Below are positions 40,601 to 53,934 of a DNA stretch of 64,000 nt, one piece after another. Where the stretch lies: the NCBI GenBank assembly GCA_023515725.1, contig JALDTO010000069.1, positions 47,482-111,481 of the forward strand, written 5' to 3'. Each line of letters opens with the position of its first letter. Position 1 is the stretch's first letter. The notes below the pieces were generated by a model. The model was not told where the DNA came from and made no database searches. It saw nothing but the letters and a program-made list of their open reading frames with translations. A program made the translations under genes and the position numbers. The stretch comes from Amoeboaphelidium protococcarum X5 (taxonomy: Eukaryota; Fungi; Aphelidiomycota).

Positions 40601-42190
40601 GTCATTTAAAAATTGAGACTACTCTTCAAGCCATAACTCGAAGGCATTCAGCTAGTCCTCAAAGAATGAACTGTTGACATACACCAAATCTTAACGTGGT
40701 GGTGATGGATTTAGAAGACCTGGCAGCTGATTAAGAGCGACTTCACACACCAAATCCCACGATTCCCACAAGTAATGTTCATCAATCTGATGGGCAATGT
40801 ATGCGTCAAAATCAAGGGATGGGTAACTAATAGGATTAATACCATAAAACTTCATAACTCTCCTGGCTAGAAGAAAATTACGAAACAGAGCAGCCACCAT
40901 CAGATCCTGTCTGTACAATTTCTTAAATAAACCATAATCTTTTAAATCGCCATTCTTCTATCCATGCTGATCCAGCTTACTAAGACAGTCCCAGGCGATA
41001 GAATCTGTTATGGCAGTGAATATCCAGTTCAACTCACCGAGCATTGTCCGACGATCAGATACTTTACCTGGAATCATCTGAAGCATCTGTGGAGTAACTT
41101 GAGAAGATATGAGAAGAGATGAAGCTACATTATCCATATCAATATAATCAACATTGGACTAAGATTACAGAGGAACGTGGCTATTATTTTTAATCATGAA
41201 CCAATGTAAAGCAGCTTGGATCGGAGTAGTCAGACACGCCGTAAATAAATCTGCAGGTAGAGCGGGGTGCATAGGTAAAGTTTGATCCGCATGACACGCT
41301 GCCAATATAATAGTATTACTATTCTTACTGTAATGCTTCAGATAGGCATTAACGAAATTACCCGCCGCGCTACAGTCCAACACAATAATCGAGGGAGAGC
41401 CGAGCCAAGCATTAACTTCACCAATTCCTACCGGGACGTACTATGTGTATGTCTTATTAAAAAACCATAACTCGCCATTGACAGTAGGCTTAGGGACACC
41501 ATGACCATTATAGTGCCACAGAACGCGGTCACTTTGATCTTGCTGCTGCTATTGCTAAGATGATGATGTCGATGATGATTACTTATAAGCAGCATTTCTC
41601 CTCAAATGAAGCATAGTCTTTTTCAAATCCTCAGGCGTTGGATCTGTCAGCATTTTATATCTGGCGCGCGGCTACCATGGCTCATAATGAGAAGTGAGAA
41701 TTTTAGCTATAAGATCAACAGCTTTCTGAGGTTACAACGCCGAGCCTTCAATTATATCATCGCTACTGTTGTTATTTCCCACTTATGCATTACCTCCATT
41801 ACCTCCACCGTTCACGTGTAAAAGCGGATGACTGGACAGCTCTTTACTAAACGGATCAATCCAGGCTTCCATGACAGCACATGGTGTCGGTTTAATGACA
41901 TCGGGAGGATCAACACCCAAGTTCAGACAAAGACTTATTAGGACACCGACAGTCTTTAATTTCTCTTTATTACGCCATCCATCAACGTCATTGTCTTCCT
42001 TAATTCTGTTCTTAAACAATGCATTCTATTTACTCTATAAATCTTGGTAAAATTCAGTCTACATCTAGAGTGAGTGCAAGTATTTTTATAGATGATCATC
42101 TTCCTCATACGCATCATCTTCACCATTAAAGGAGGAAGAGTCATCATTATACTTCATCGCAGCAGATCTTACGCGCAAATCCATATTCAT
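37655..42190 (-). CDS. KOG1: TORC1 subunit Raptor, 1511 aa
   Basis: [64 protein letters not shown]; C-terminal WD40 repeats. Confidence 0.97.
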
Positions 42191-42740
42191 CTTACGATGT
42201 ACTTATTTCCAAATTATGACTTTATTAGATAAATTGTGATTTGAAGCAATGTAATGCGGTAAGAGGAAGAAAGTGGAACAAGAGCAGACTAGAAAATACG
42301 GGAGAGAAAAGACATGAAAATTCAATTTATTCAGTTTCGTTCGATTGTAAAACGACGACAAAGAAATTGTATTAGAGCAAAGGCGACCAAGATGGTTCGC
42401 GCGAAAGCATCTTTAGTGCGTTTTGTAGAATATTTACTGCTTACACTCATTAGATTATAGTCTGAATTGGGAGAAATAGTGGGAATAAAAGTTCCGACTT
42501 TACATTACATTGCACAGACCAAAAGCGCGTTCTGTGATCATTCCAATGCACCAAGCCTTCACGCTTAGTTTCTTTGACCGTGCGATTCCTCTCGATCGTC
42601 TCGTCCCTCTTTGTTTTGTTTCATTCCATCGTTTTCCCCCTTTTCATTCATTCACTGGCAGTACTGCCGTAATTATAATATCCATTGGACTCACTACTTC
42701 ATCCATTGTTAAAAGCCCTAAATTTCTCAATTATCAAGAT

Positions 42741-43061
42741 ATGAATCGATCGGAAGATAGTTCGGTGCAGCAGTAGGCAACTAAGATGGCGTATGATAGT
42801 GCAGAAGTCATTGACAGATTATCGCTGGCTATCAATGAAATCTCCAAAGGTTTGAGCAGATTTGACTCTATAGTGTGCCAGTCTTTGAACAGTATGGACG
42901 AGCGATTGCTAGTTGTAGAGAAGTAGCTGGCCTTCCTTGAGAACAGAGTAAGTAGTATGTTTTAATGAATTCTAAAGTGCGTCCTTTTTTAATAAACTCT
43001 CAAATGTGTATTGCAGGTGACATCTGTGATTCCTAATTAGAACCAACCCTCGTAGTAATGA
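42741..43061 (+). CDS. BRK1: WAVE/SCAR complex subunit BRICK1/HSPC300 (intron 42948-43016)
   Basis: EVIDRLSLAINEISKGLSRFDSIVCQSLNSMDERLLVVEKQLAFLENRVT matches the BRK1 pattern. Confidence 0.78.
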
Positions 43062-43143
43062 TGATTATCCTATTGAAATTTATAAAAGATGATGTTTTTT
43101 ACTCTAATTAAAATGATAATCAATGTCTACAGAAGAATGATAA

Positions 43144-45159
43144 TCATTGAAACATGAATTTACTCATGAAAGGTCTCCATTACAAGTTCTCGGGAAGAGC
43201 ATTGGGATAGTTACGTGCCTCCTGCTTCTTCAACACCTCCTTAATATACTCTTTATCCACGACAATCTCATACTCTACTGATCCATCTGATATCGCATCT
43301 CTTCGGCGAAGGAATCCCATATCTTGCAGAATAGTGACAACATCGTCTAAAGTTAATCCAGTTTGCCGAGACAAGTTCAGAATAGATACCTAAGAGGATT
43401 ATTGACGATGCTACAATAGTTATTACTACTTGATATCCGATAAACTTTGTTAAGGAGAACTATTTTATTTCCGACCAGAATTCGATTACCTTAAATTCTT
43501 TGATGGAGTACCAGCAGAGGAGTGTTTAGATTCAGACGAAGATGATAAAGATAGTAGAGAATCCAATTATGCACAAATGGCCCATCGCCAATAGCTTCGA
43601 TAAGCTAAAAGACCAAAAGAGCTCAGCGGCTTTTCAGGAGTTCCACCATTGCGCCACCAGTTCTGGGCATCATAAGGAGCATCCTGATGAGATTCTGCAT
43701 ACAACTGGCACTCTGTACGCGATAGCAGATATGAAAAATCTATGAGAAAGTATCCATAACCGCATCCTTGGAACTGAGGCATAGTCATAATGCAGCTGAG
43801 ATTATACAAAGTACTCGGTCTCTTCTCCTTACTGAAATATCCGACAAAGTCATAATGTCCTCCTCCCACTTAGTCTCGATAGTACTTGCACAGCACATAG
43901 AAGAGGAAAGGCTCTACATCGTAATACAAAGTCTTGGTCTCCAGCCACAATTTGGCCAATAGACACAAGTTCTGACAATATATCCGATGTCGCCGCCCAT
44001 CAACTTCAAAAATGTGTAAATCATTCTCCGAATCTCTGTAAACTTCATCACCAGGAGGATGGTTCAGCTTACATTTCCTTGTATGCCGACCATAAACATA
44101 CTCACTAGATGTATAATAAAGACACTGACTGCAGACGAACAACTTTTCATGCTTATTGAAATCTTCCGGGTAAGGCGCACTGTAATAAGTTCCAATTTCA
44201 TATTATCCAAATATAACCTTGTCAATTTTAGGCATATCCTCCCAAGCATACTATTTGTATGGTTGAAGCATAGACAAAGACTGACCCTTGGCATCACTGA
44301 ATAAAGTCTTGGCAGTCTGATCAGGGACAGTATTGGAAATATCAGCCTCAGAAGTAGTGAGTTTTCCACCAAACACATTGACCGCATCAAGTGGTTTATT
44401 CAGCTTTATGATTTAATGCAGCTTTGACTTTTTGAGGCTCTATGTAGTAATACTATCATCTTGACTATCCAAAAAGTCAGAGTTGCGCTTACTATTGACT
44501 AGCTTTATGCGTTTAGTCTTCCCACTATCAGGCTCAGCGGATGTCTACTTCTTTACGTAATCTTTAACAGCAATCATGCCCTTGTCAGATGACCATATGA
44601 CTCTCTAATGCTTATCACGAATCTTTATAGGGGAGGAGATGAATGGACGAGACTTGTACACTCGAGGACAGAACTTGACATTAGTATGGTACAAAGTACG
44701 CCCGTTAATGTGGCCACTTCCATCACAGCCCACAGTGGGACACTTGACGTACGGAGCAGTGGTACAGCTCTGGCAAATGTATGAGCTCTGGGGCATCTTC
44801 TTTAAGCCCAGACATTCCAAATGGAAACCTTGATCACAACTGTCACAGAGCAGAATGGTAGAGGCATCCAGTTCCCTGTCAGCCTCCGAAGAATCCGGGT
44901 CATTGAGCGGAGACTATTTACAGAGTGAGCATGTCTTGCACGATCCACATTCCCACTTATGCCTGAATGCACATGGAGTCAAATCCTGATGAACGCACGT
45001 CGGATGAGCTTGTAGATGACAGCGAATACAATGCAACAGCGTCTCATCAATGTCAAACGTTCCATTGAACTTGGTGGCCTTATTACAGAATGCACACACT
45101 CCAGAAGGAAGGGACTACTCACTCAATTCATTATTATCCTTATTATTATGACCATTCAT
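43144..45159 (-). CDS. MYST histone acetyltransferase with double PHD finger and C2HC zinc finger (KAT6/KAT7/Sas3 clade)
   Basis: Two PHD fingers; [11 protein letters not shown]; HPPGDEVYR; [11 protein letters not shown]; VGYFSKEK; QGCGYG; GTPEKPLS. Confidence 0.93.
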
Positions 45160-45504
45160 TTCTCACTTATAATTTATCTGATAGTTTATTCTAAAATGAC
45201 AATACATACAATGATAACGCGGTGTCATAACGAACGAAGAACAAAGAACGTCAAAAGAGAAGAATTAGAAAGAAAGGCCAAATTTGGCGCAAAACTCAGC
45301 ACTGGATGTACGGCAGCACATACACTATAAAATAAAAAAGCATTACTAAACGTGTATAAACATTTTTGACTGATTTGTGTGGCCTATTCTGATTACCTCC
45401 AACTATCATGTCAAGTTTTAAGTAGTAGTGATGAAAGATAAGCTTGTTCTCGAATGAGTACTTGATTCCACTTTCATTCCCACGATAAAAGATCAGCAGA
45501 GAAG

Positions 45505-46135
45505 ATGACGTTGACCTACAGAGCAATCCATTACTTGAAACAACTTGATCAGACCATTAGTTGTATCCCTCATGACTTATATACGCAGGTAATATCTAAC
45601 AGATATATTCTGATTATTTCAATTGCTCAATGTGTAGCATTCAAAACTGATTCCGTAAAGTACTATTGGTAAGCACACCCGTCACATTCTTGATCACTAT
45701 TACAAGCTGAAGGATTATGCTGATTAAATTTAAATGGATTCGCCCACTGAATAGCCCGTAATCTGTTATGATTAGAGAGTGAGAGATACGGAAGAGGAGA
45801 ATGATATTAGAGCTGCCTTGTACAAGATCAATAATCTCTGCGATACAATCGTCTAATGGTCCAAATTTGAACAATTGTCTACTCTATCCGGTGGTTCTAA
45901 ACATCTTTAGATTCGCGTCTGTACTTCAGATGATGGAGACACTGAATACTTGTAATCTTCGTTTGATAGAGAACTCTGGTTCTGTATACACCACTAGATT
46001 CATCATCACGCAATGATAAAGATTATCGCTGAAGAGTTGAAGTGTCATGTTGAATAGACTGAATTTGGTATTGCGCCGTCAACTCTGGCTCATCATCAGG
46101 TGGAGAAGGTGAAATAGATGAGTGACGCTTAATGA
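45505..46135 (+). CDS. DinB/YfiT-like putative metalloenzyme (intron 45589-45637); start uncertain
   Basis: STIGKHTRHILDHY; YDQRVR; RELWFCIHHQIHHHAMIKII; FGIAPSTL. Confidence 0.8.
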
Positions 46136-46174
46136 TAATATGCAAAATCTAATGGAAGATATATCTTGTATAAA

Positions 46175-47013
46175 TCAGGTTGGAGTATCACTGGCGCGCA
46201 ATATTTCTTTGTCCCAATCTTGACTCTATTCCTCGTTGCTTCCACGTGATGATTAACTGACAAACTTTTGATGTAATTACTAACAGTAATCATCACCGTG
46301 TCCCTATTAGATTAAACGCTAAATTTCCTCAACTAAAGCATCCAGATGATGATCTGCCACGAGAGGATACAACCTGCCATGAGAGTGGTGGAGTTCCAAC
46401 AGGTACTCCAAATTGTACCCAGATGGACCCTTGCTATTCAAGATATGACGTGCAAGATCAGCTACAGGAGTATGGCCTACAAAAGCCTCATTCTATGATG
46501 TGCCAATGTACACCAGAACTTCCTACAGACATTCATCACTGTCATGAACGTGAAACTGCACCCGCTCAGTGACGTAGCCGTGTTTTTCGCGGTGATCGAG
46601 CCGTTTCAGAACGTCATCGCGATCTCTGTCCGAAATCTTGTAAGCGACGCCATACACTCGAACATCAACATCGCCATTGTTAATGCTTTAGTTGTCGCCG
46701 ACTTTGATAAACTCATCTTGGCTTTAGATGAATTCCTTGTGCTCTATCAAAGTTACGACTCTGCCGGGATTCTCAACCGTGCCTCTGTGATCATTTCTAC
46801 ACTGAAACTGAGTCTAAATGAGCTCACCGCAAGAAAGATAAGAAGGTGCCTTACGATGCTTGCCAAAACCGTCGTACATAGCCTCTAATGTAACCATGCT
46901 TCTTGTCAACATAGGGAAAGTCCACTTTCCAAATTAAGGATCCATATCCAAATCTACACACAATTTGCGTTATATCGTAAACAATCTCTTGTTACAAAGT
47001 CTTACATCCACAT
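46175..47013 (-). CDS. ChaC glutathione-specific gamma-glutamylcyclotransferase (introns 46954-47005, 46797-46854)
   Basis: [12 protein letters not shown]; RRFWQAS.DHRGT..PGRVVTL; [10 protein letters not shown]. Confidence 0.93.
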
Positions 47014-47161
47014 AACGATCGGTTAGCTCCTCGCTTGGTTAGGAAAAGCGAAGACGATTCTCGGGAACGCTTAATCGGCTTTGAGAGAAACTACGCAACT
47101 TTTAATCAAATACTAAGCGTCTGTTTACATTTAAATAGAAAAAAAAATTGAATTCGTAAGT

Positions 47162-48853
47162 ATGTAGTAAGGAAGCGAAAGTTAATCTTCGGCAGAGAGT
47201 CTCGAGCAGAAGTTGGACAATGTCTAGCTGTCTGAGAATGGTGGGGAACCAATGTCCAAGAAGGCTTTGAAGAAGAAGCAGAAGGAGGAAGAGAAGGCGC
47301 GTAAAAAGGCTCAGGAGGAGCAAGCACGTCTCGCCCAGTAGTAATAGGAGGAGGGTGAAGATTATGCTGCTGATAAGTATGGTCGACTGCCTCTGAACTA
47401 AAGTTAGAATCGCGAGCGCAGAGTTCGTATCCGCATCAGCGACATTGGCGTGTCCTCGGATATCAAGGTTGATGAAAAGGTTCTGTTGAGAGCAAGAGTG
47501 CACAATACGCGCGCCAAGGGAAAGTAATGCTTTATGGTGCTGCGTCAGCAGATAGCCACCATCTAGGCAGTGCTCGCTGTTGACAAGGAGCAGAAGGATG
47601 TGTCCAAGTAGATGGTCAAGTTCTGTGGTAGTATCAAGCCAGAGTCTATCGTTCTAGTTGAGGCTGTGGTGGTGAAGGCTTTCTAGAAGGTTTAATCTTG
47701 CACTGTTAGCGATTATGAGTTGCAGATTAAGACCGTTTTCATCGAGAGTGAAGTTGCTGTGGAAAAGTTGCCATTCACTGTGGATGATGCGTCTAGATTT
47801 GATCCTGAGATTTCTGGTGTCAATGATCAAGATTAAGCGTAGACGGAGGAAGATGGTTATAATCGTGTCAATCTGGATACTAGATTAAATAATCGTATCA
47901 TTGATTTGCGCACCACCACCAATCATTCCATCTTTAGATTGCAGCATGCAGTAGGCACTCTATTCAGAGAGCATCTGAATTAATAAGGATTTACAGAGAT
48001 TCATACGCCCAAGATTATTGCTGCAGCATCAGAAGGTGGTGCTAATGTGTTCAAGGTGTCATACTTTAAAAATGACGCGTTCCTGGCTTAGAGTCCGTAG
48101 TTGTACAAGTAGATGATGATCTGCGCCGATTATGAGAAGGTGTTCGAAATCGGTCCAGTGTTCCGTGCTGAGAATTCATTCACTCACAGACATATGACCG
48201 AGTTTGTTGGCCTGGATTTGGAGATGGCATTCTAGGAGCATTATCACGAAGTACTGGATGTATTGGATAAGCTGTTTGTATCCATCTTTAAAGGATTGCG
48301 TGATCAGTACAAGGATGAGATTGAAGTGGTGAAGCGTCAGTATCCTTTTGAAGAGTTCCTGTTCTTGGAACCATCCCTGCGCCTAAACTTTAAAGATGCA
48401 GTGTAGATGCTGCGTGATGCTGGAGTTGAGATGGGCGAACATGAAGATTTGAGCACCGAGAATGAGAGAAAGCTGGGTAAACTGGTGCGCGACAAGTACA
48501 AAACTGACTTTTACATTTTGGACAAGTTCCCTCTGGCCGTGAGACCTTTCTATACGATGCCGGATCCGAATAATCCTGGATACTCAAACTCGTATGATTT
48601 CTTTATGCGCGGAGAGGAAATTATGTCTGGAGCTTAGCGTGTTCATGATGTGAACCTTTTGATCAAAAGTGCGCAAGAACATGGTGTAGAACTCAAGACG
48701 ATTTAAGGTTACATTGATGCATTCAAGTACGGAGCACCTCCACACGCTGGTGGTGGAATTGGCTTGGAGCGTGTGGTGATGCTGTACTTGAACTTGAAGA
48801 ATATTCGCCGTGTCTCTCTGTTCCCTAGAGATCCACGTCGTCTGGAGCCTTGA
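47162..48853 (+). CDS. DPS1: Cytoplasmic aspartyl-tRNA synthetase
   Basis: [11 protein letters not shown]; SEGGANVF; LAQSPQLYKQ; FRAENS.THRH; GLERV; FPRDP. Confidence 0.98.
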
Positions 48854-48991
48854 GCCTATATTTATATCATAGTGTATACTGGTTATTGGCGCTTTTAAGA
48901 GAATTAAGTACCAGTTTATTTCTAGTCTAAGCGATAAATGATAAACGCTAATATTAAATGAATAAAGTATCTATATGGTCACTTATTCCCG

Positions 48992-50875
48992 TCACTCTTC
49001 TTAAGGCACGTATTTACCGCTAGTCTTCTTATTAAGGCGCTTGATGATAAGTACAAAAGCGCTAATCGTTAACGATGACAGTATAAGAGCAGAGACAGAA
49101 ACTGCGACTACAACAATATCCGCAGAGGAATCAGCTCTTTGCTCCGACTAATGTCCAGATTTGGCCGCCATGACACCCTTGGTCGAAATAACTTCATCTT
49201 AAATGCGTGGTGGTGGAGTAATGTCTAAATCAATAGTCTTCGCACTGTAATCGCTTCCATGAGTGGCTAGGTACGGTCGAGCATGTAAAAACGAGATCCA
49301 AATTAACAGATTATGCCCTCGGTGATCATTCACATTAAATTGCATTTTGTAAAGGTCCAGAGAACATGCTTTGACAGATTTAATATACATTCTTCCATCA
49401 ATTATATCCTGGTGAGAGAACCGTGACTCCTTCTCAATCACTGATGAACCTCCATCTGAATCGGCGGAGAATCTTAAAAGATGAGCACATGCATTAAACA
49501 CACCACCAATTAGAGCATACGTTACTTGTGAATAATACTGAGGTGACACGTACTGAATATTTATCAGATCTGTTGAAATTTAATGCATTTCACTTGTTAA
49601 CACAATAGTCTGGTTTTTAGTCACGGTCAAAGCCCCATCTTTAAAGTCTGGCAGATAGTACTTGAACGATTCAAAGAATCTATGATATTTCCCCAGCAAA
49701 GACTAAAGATCAACAACCATCAAGTTACAGTCAATCTCCATCGAGGGATTCAATATTAGTACCCTTTGTACCGGATTATAAACCATTGAAGCAAGAGAAT
49801 ATTCCACTTAAGTAAGCTGCACTTTAAATATAGATGTCACATTTTACGCGTCAGTTGTATTTAGAAGCATAAGTGATTAATCTTCGCCATTGTAGACGAA
49901 CAACCATTTTTAATAATTATAAAACACATGAGCGTGACCATTTAAGTTCAAATTCAAGGCAGTCTATTGAATAGAGCCAGATGCATCATGTTGCCGAACA
50001 ACAAGTCGATGATCCTTTGCAGAGGAAATGTCAAGCCCATATACTTAATCAACGTGATATCCAAGCAGCATCAACTTAGAGCCTTATAACCTCAAGTGCA
50101 TAGCGTCATGTTACGACTACACTTCATAAGCAATCAGAGAATTGTCTGATGAATTCCTAAGCTAAAGTTGAAGGATATCATTGACAGAGATGAGATTAGC
50201 TGTCTACCACTAGACACCATCAAGTGCGGGAAGAGTGAGCAACTAATTAAACTACTGATTAAGCAAGTCAACTCTTAGTAAAACATCTTTACTTATTAGC
50301 GTGGATTTGACATCTTGACTTAATAGTTCTTCACTTTCAAGTTATGATTAGCCAAGAATGTATGCATAATCCAATTCATCGTCAATCAGAAAGCGTTTAA
50401 ACGTTAAATCTTGAATAGATTGGATTGATGACGCATTCAGAACAGTGACCAAAGTTTAATCTGAAGCTTTGAATACGCGTAACTGATGGACAGAGAGTAT
50501 GGCAATCAGTGTCTGATTCTTGCGCACAGTATACATACCAAAATCTAAAATATTTCCCACTTCAGGCGGTTAAAGGCATGATTTTAGATGTTCAACCATC
50601 GGATGGCGTTTCCTCATCTCTGTAAAATTAATTTCCGGCAAACCATACTGGTCAATTACAGTAGGAAGGTGGTGTGGCCTAAGTAATTTAATGCAACTTT
50701 AATTATGACCACTTTTCGCCAACATTAAATCATTATAGACCACCACTTTGCTAGTAGAACCATCATTTATAAGAGCAGGCGCAAACTTGTTCAGCTATTA
50801 TGTTTCATATTACTGCAAAGCCTACAGAACACTTAAAGACACTAGCAAGACTAAACAGATTAACAGCATAACCAT
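48992..50875 (-). CDS. Orphan type I membrane protein (signal peptide, about 560 aa ectodomain, TM, short tail), 627 aa
   Basis: MVMLLICLVLLVSLSVLQA signal; TM IVVVAVSVSALILSSLTISAFVLII; tail KRLNKKTSGKYVPQEE. Both ends lie in the same table-6 frame; the middle was only partly translated. Confidence 0.7.
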
Positions 50876-51002
50876 TATCAAAAATCTATTGGATGTTGTA
50901 TTAAATCAGTACGCAAAGATCTTTAAACCACTAAAAATGGAATTAGACTATAAATTTCATTTTGATAACCTTGACAACAAGATCCATAGAGCTTGAAGAG
51001 CA

Positions 51003-51350
51003 GCGACAAATGTCGCAGGATGGATGTCGAACATCGAATTCACCATGTTATCAGCCCATTAAGTGATCTGATCAGTACTAAACTAACGTTGAACTAATTA
51101 ATGTATTCTATTGAAGCCGGATGGTGTAAGTTGACTGACAATCACATCCGCGACAAATGTCGCAGTATTTGAAAAGCGGCATTGACTTGACTGATTACTG
51201 TTTAATGTCATATTAGACTATGCTCCGGAGAGAATGAAATTTCAGAAGGGCTATAAAAGGCTTTCGCTTCATGGTCTTTGTACTAAATTCATACTATTCA
51301 ACAGCGACATTTGTCACACATTCAAGGTGGAGAGCAGCGACATTTGTGCA
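51003..51350. repeat. Four copies of a 14-bp quasi-palindrome GCGACA(AA/TT)TGTCGC
   Basis: Exact GCGACAAATGTCGC at 51003 and 51150; inverted degenerate copies GCGACATTTGTCAC at 51304 and GCGACATTTGTGCA at 51337. Confidence 0.8.
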
Positions 51351-51887
51351 TATTCAGACTTTACACGTAATAACGATAAGCATAAATAAATTTTAAGTAT
51401 TATCAGATAAAAATATATGAAAAGACGTGTCCGTTATTTTGGATAATAAGTAAGAGAACATTAGATGAGAAGGTTCCATCTCAGACAAAGTACTGTACTG
51501 TTTTTGAAGTTTAATGATAGATTAAAAGTACTGTAACAACGCGTTTCAATTCGAACTAAATTACGTAGAGACAGTTGATGGGTAGAGAAGTCAACCAACA
51601 CGAGAAACGTTTCCGTATAGTAAATGTAAATTGTACTACTGTAATGTAAGAATAAAGTGAAACGACAAGTGATTGATCAATGGTCTCTCTCTCCCTCCGC
51701 GCCGTGACTTTCCACCTCGCGTCATCTCTTCACTTTTCCTTAAACATTGCTAGAAATTGTAAGCTGTTTCCTTTCTCCGTACGTTCTTTGTGTGCCGTAC
51801 TTACAACATAGTTAGATAAGCCAGAGTTGAATTACAGCGCATATTTGATCACAATTCATCCTTTTGTATCATTTGATTATTAATTAA

Positions 51888-53668
51888 ATGGATAGAAAGT
51901 AGATTGTGAAGAATCAGGCATAGCAGGTTAGTCCTTTATTATTTTATGCCCATTAGGATCGATTTCATTTGAATTTATTATCAAGATGTTTTTGTTGTAG
52001 TATGTCAACTTTACTCGAGTCCAGAAGGATAGTGATCAAGTTTTAAATAGATATCCAGCCTTGCAACCAAGTAGTGATGTGGTGTTGGTGAATGGTAAGA
52101 TGTAGACGGTGCTTGTGTTTAGTGGCACAATCCCTGTGTAGTATCGAGGAAGCACATACAATATACCGATTTGCGTAAAGATTCCACCGCCGTATCCCAA
52201 TTCACCTCCACTCTGCCTGGTGCAGCCAACTTCAAATATGGTCATTAGGCCGAGTGTCAATGTTGATTAATCTGGCTAGTATATCCACCCATGTGTTGGT
52301 AGAGAATGGAATAGGAACGACTATTCTCTGGTGTCCATCATTGAGAAAATGCAGGCAGCCTTTAGTATTGAGCCTCCTGTGTATAGTAGACGATCAGCTT
52401 CACCATCGCCATCAATATCTAGTGTTGGTAGTGGTACTTCATCATCTTATTAATAGTCATCGTAGCCTTTTTAAAATCAACACTCTTATTAGTAATAGTC
52501 TGCAAGTAGTGGTGGTTATGTTACTTCGCCTACAAATGCGGGATCTCCTTATCTGCCATCTTTTGGTTAATAGTAGTACCCATAATCAGGGCCTTACAAT
52601 ATGAGTACTTTATCTAATTCCTTATCGGTGCCTGCAAGTTTATAATCTAGTCGACCTACTGGTGCTGCATCTAATTCTGAAAGTCTGCCAGCTTACTAAC
52701 CTTCTTATAATCCTTACGCAACTACTAGTAATACTTTGCCTCATAGACCACAGAGTGAGCATACGTAAAGTTAGTATGGCGCTGTCTATAATAGCACTAC
52801 TGGTCGACCTTATGGTGGATCTAACACTCTTAATATACCATCTAGGCATTCTAATACAGGATAGTAGAGTGCATCATTGACTAATCTTAGTATGCCGGAA
52901 GCTGTTAATCTGTAATCTCCGCCTCCGCTGGGTGAATTGAGGAGGTAGAATAGTTCATCATCTGCTTATACTGCCTCTTCTTAGTAACCATCAGCTTTAC
53001 AGAGGCCATAACAGTAAGGTCAGTCGTAGCAGTATTAACAGCAGCCTGTGATTGATGAAGACGCGATCATGGTAATTTCTATGAAATCTGCTCTCTTGGA
53101 TAAAGTGAAAAGATTTAAAGAGGATTAGAAGTAAATTGTAGATACTTCCGAGTTATAAAGTCTTGGATACATTCAGCCTGATTCAGATTGTGGTGTAAAT
53201 CTCCTATTGGATCTGAATTAGAAACTATTGTAATCTCAAGAAAGTACTGAGCGTGAACTGTAAATTATAAGATCAGAATCGGATCAATATAGAAAGTGGA
53301 AAGACTAAATTGATGCCAAGTGCTAGGAATTGGTATAATATCTCGATGTTTAGGCCAAGTAACTATAATAAGCTCAAAGTGATCGATAATCCATAGCGGT
53401 GGTGGACCAATTAGTTCCCATAATTCCTTCTATTTAACCTCAATAAGTATTAGTTACATCAAAAGTGGCGAATTAGCTGATTGAAGTTGTAGCCGAAGAC
53501 TTGGCGTTGTAAGATTTGATGTACACAGTGTCTCAAGCTTTTTATAATGGCGCAATCAAGGATGATGCTGCATATTTGAAGTAAGTGCGAAAGTTGTCCA
53601 ATGATCAGTTTTCACAACGTGCGCTCATTTTCAAGATTCGTCACTCCATTGGATTGCCTCAATTGTGA
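51888..53668 (+). CDS. VPS23: ESCRT-I subunit TSG101/Vps23 (intron 51927-52000)
   Basis: UEV domain GTIPVQYRGSTYNIPI...YPNSPP; P/Q/Y-rich linker; coiled coil; SB domain VAEDLALQDL...YLKQVRKLS. Confidence 0.93.
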
Positions 53669-53934
53669 ATTTGAATGTGTATTTTAATGACAATTAATAG
53701 ATAATCACGACCCTTCATTTATTCTCATTTCTTTTGGTACTTGATCTACTTGCGTGAATGTTCGCTACTAAACACCATGTGATCGTGGCCAATTGTTTCT
53801 ATTCACGGCGGCTTGATTCGTGCTCAATCTTCTTTCTTTCATCTCTTATCGTCATTCTCTTCGTTAACAATCGATACAATCTTTTGAAACAGTAAATCTC
53901 GCTGCATTGTTACTCATTGATTATCACTATAATA

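Noticed and set aside
51003-51350. CRISPR-like array
   Set aside because: Eukaryotic context; repeats are only 14 bp, irregularly spaced and in mixed orientation; no cas genes.
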